A stretch of 64,000 nucleotides of DNA from Felis catus (Eukaryota): the NCBI RefSeq assembly GCF_018350175.1, contig NC_058369.1, positions 4,342,001 through 4,406,000 of the forward strand, given 5' to 3'. Below, piece after piece: positions 61,158 through 64,000 of the stretch. Under the pieces are notes generated by a model. That model worked only from the letters and a program-made list of their open reading frames with translations. It did not search any database and was not told the DNA's origin. The first letter of the stretch is position 1. Each line of letters starts with the position of its first letter. Made by a program: the position numbers and the translations under genes.

Positions 61158-63486
61158 CTGGATAAAGAAAGACACGCTCACGTTCGTCAGGATCCCCCCG
61201 AATGCTAACATGGACTCATTAAGAGAATCACATACGTTCTCCCCATTGATGTGGTGAAGAAATTCACATCCCCAGTCACGGATTTGGGTTCAAGAGATTC
61301 TGGGTGCAGGAATTAATAGCTTCTCTCCACGCCTGTATTTGTTCCTTCAATTTCCAGCCTGGTTTTCAGATTCCTTGATTTGATTTTTAAAAGCCTGTGT
61401 GTGACTGAGACCTTTCGGGTTGGGTCTTCATAGTCATTTGGACACCAAGTGTCTCCTATACTTTCAGGAATGTCAGGACAGAGGATTGAAAAGAGCTTGA
61501 CGGACCCATCAGCACTGCACCCGGCGTTAAACAGGGCAACCTCGGCCTTTATGGCTTGTCTACCTCTTGGCACCTTGCCCTTGAGGGACAAATCATTAAT
61601 CTAAGGGTGAAGGTGGCTGGGGCTTGGCCACCTGTCTCATCCGCTGGTCACCGAATATAAAAGTCCTAGTTGAATTCTTGCCTTATTGCTTGGGCTGCTA
61701 TTTCTTTGCCCCCAACCAGGACTTCCATGTCCTGGGGCGGTCAGATTGTACTAGAACAGGCCAAGAAGGAGGGGGTGATTTCCCAGACACTCCTTCCTCC
61801 TGCCCCTTTTCTTAATTGGGCTGTGAAGCCCCCGCGGAGGGTACCTCACCGCAGCCACTGAACTGACTTCACTGGCCGCGAGTCTGCTCCAAGCCAGGGC
61901 CCTCCCCAAGGGCGGGGCCCATGGCATCTCCTGCCCTGCCCCTTTCCTTAGAGCTCTCAGGCCAGATGTCAGCGGCTACACTTCCTCCCCGAGGTAGGGG
62001 ATGTGTGCGGACAGAATGGTCTGTGTTCCTATTGCCGGGGTGGGGGGGGGGGGAAGGGGGGGATGGAGTGGCCTGAAGACCAGGCACTCTGGAATTTGTT
62101 GTGTATTTTCTCTTAGTAAAGCTTTTTTTCTTTCTTTCTTTCTGAGAAAACAAAAACAAAACAAGACACGGGACGACGGACAGACGGACTGATATATATA
62201 TCCTCGCGTCCCTGACTGAGAGATTGCAAATGCAAACGGGACGCAATACCGAAAAGGCTTACGTGCGAGGTTTTGCGCCCAGGCCAAAAGGCAGGGTGAG
62301 CGAATCCACAGCGAGTCGCTGCCCCCCCCCCCCCCCCCCAGAGCTCAGCCTCGGGTCAGAAGGGCGGGAGCCGGCCACACAGAAAGTCAGGTCCCAGCGG
62401 AGCCGCCTCCTTGGTCCCCCCTCGCCCCGACCCCTCTCCCCTTGGTGCCACGGGCCGAAGGCTTAGCTGCAAAGTCAGTGAGTAGTTCGCCAGCGTGGCA
62501 GTGCCCTCTGACCCCAGGGTGCACCCTCCTCCCCGCCCTGAGCACCCCTGCCGCCGGGGCTCTGGACGCGGAGCCAGGTGAGGAGGGGCTGGCGTTTGAG
62601 GGGGTCCTTTGAACCCTGAGCTTGTCTTCAGAAGACGTTCCCCCTCTGGAGCTGGCAGCCACTTTATCGAATGCGTGTCCGCCCCGCGGGACTGAGAACC
62701 CCGGGCGGGTAGAGATGGAAGCCGCTCTGTCCACATCTGCACCCCAGAATCCTGACGATGCCTCAAGAGACACGGAGGCACGGGGGGGGGCCCCCCCGTG
62801 TGCGGGAAGCCGAGGGCGAGGAGGCCGAAGACTTGTCTCTCCGCCACCCCGGGCAGGGGGGCGGGGGGCACACGGTGCCACGTCTGGGGGGTCCTCTGGG
62901 GCCAGAGAGGGGGTGAGGCCAGACTCTGGGGGGTGGGCGGGACGGGGCACCGGCTCACGTGTGTGAGGGCACAGGACTGGCTCACACGTATGAGGAAGTG
63001 CCGGGAAGGATGCTCGCTTCACCTCGTCACTGCCCCCGGCCCCGTGTCGTTGACATTGGAAGTGGATCTTTTACTTGGGTTGGTATGTGGACGTTGACAT
63101 CAACGACGCATCGGTATCTCGACAACAAGTTCTTCCCAGGTCGACGTAACCCCAGAGAGAACGGACCCCACTAGCAGCCCCACAAAGAACGGTCAGTTAC
63201 ACTCTCCCTCTCTTTTGTGCTGAGGAGGTACCCCCAGGGAAGCCGTTTCAAGCGACCAATGACTCAAGTCATGAGGATGCTGAGAGAGGGCGCCATGGGG
63301 AAGCATTCTAGCGAGGGAACAGCCTGTGCAAAGGCTCTGGGGCGGCACCGGGCCTGGTGCAGTGGAGGAACAGTGAGGGGCCTGTGTGGGTGGAGACAGA
63401 AGGAGGAGGGGAGGGAGGGAACAGGGCAGGTCGGGCAGGGCCCCCGAGGCTGTTTCGATGACGCAGGCTTCTACTTGGGAATGTGA

Positions 63487-63487
<1 letters not shown>

Positions 63488-63518
<31 letters not shown>
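63488..63518. repeat. G31 homopolymer
   Basis: Directly visible. Confidence 0.9.
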
Positions 63519-63520
<2 letters not shown>

Positions 63521-64000
63521 CCGGAGGCTTCTGAACAGAGAAGTGCCGCGATCTGACTCTGGTTCCAGTAGGACCACCCTCACGGCTGCTGCGAGAAGGG
63601 CCCGGAAGCTGGGCGAGGGCAGCGGCCGAGGGCTGGCTGGGTGGTGGCCGCGACACTCCACGGGAGAGACGGTGGTGGCGGGGGTGGCGGGGGGGGGGGA
63701 GGGGGAGGAGGGGGGCTGTGGTGGAGGAGGAGGGAGAAGTGGTCTGATTCTGGATCTTCCCGAAGGTGAGGTCAAGAGCATCTGGCGGGGGGGGGGGGTG
63801 TTGGGGAGGAGGGTGGGAAGCAAGGGTGCCCCGCAGCAGAGGGCGGGGGGCACAGGGGTCGGGGCGGTCAGGGCTCCGCTTGGGACGCACGGTGCTGGGC
63901 CCCAAGCCGCAGGCGGGTCCTGGAGGGGGAGCTTCGGGAGAGGCCGGGGTCGGGGGGGCGGGGGTGCCTGCTGGGAAACAGCCTTTCCCCCAGGGAGCCA

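Noticed and set aside
61313..61591. 92-aa minus-strand ORF with protein-like composition in a relatively AT-rich intronic patch
   Set aside because: Non-ATG start, no family recognised, and no splice sites linking it in frame to RFX2. A homology search would settle it.

Overview
Mammalian genomic DNA, almost certainly a felid (young SINEC/Can-SINE copies with the cat-type head). It holds parts of two spliced genes, both on the minus strand, in the order I recall for human 19p13.3. (1) The last 12 coding exons of RFX2 (61157->48490): winged-helix DNA-binding domain, B/C domains, dimerization domain and stop. They join into an open frame of 1572 nt with GT-AG junctions throughout. (2) The CpG-island promoter and first 5 coding exons of RANBP3 (35206->1698; 391 nt of CDS, including the PPVKRERTSS NLS/phospho-motif). 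The rest is intronic or intergenic DNA rich in SINEC, L1, L2, MIR, MER20/MER58/Charlie/Tigger, MLT1/ERV LTR relics and microsatellites. Nearly all other six-frame ORFs are spurious. I found no convincing new multi-gene system. The most interesting unexplained details are a tiny polyadenylated retro-insertion with its own TSD inside a MER58, a 27-bp locally templated insertion, C-tracts hugging several RFX2 splice sites, and a KR motif created when RANBP3 exon 3 is skipped. Exon numbers and repeat subfamily names come from memory, not from a database search.
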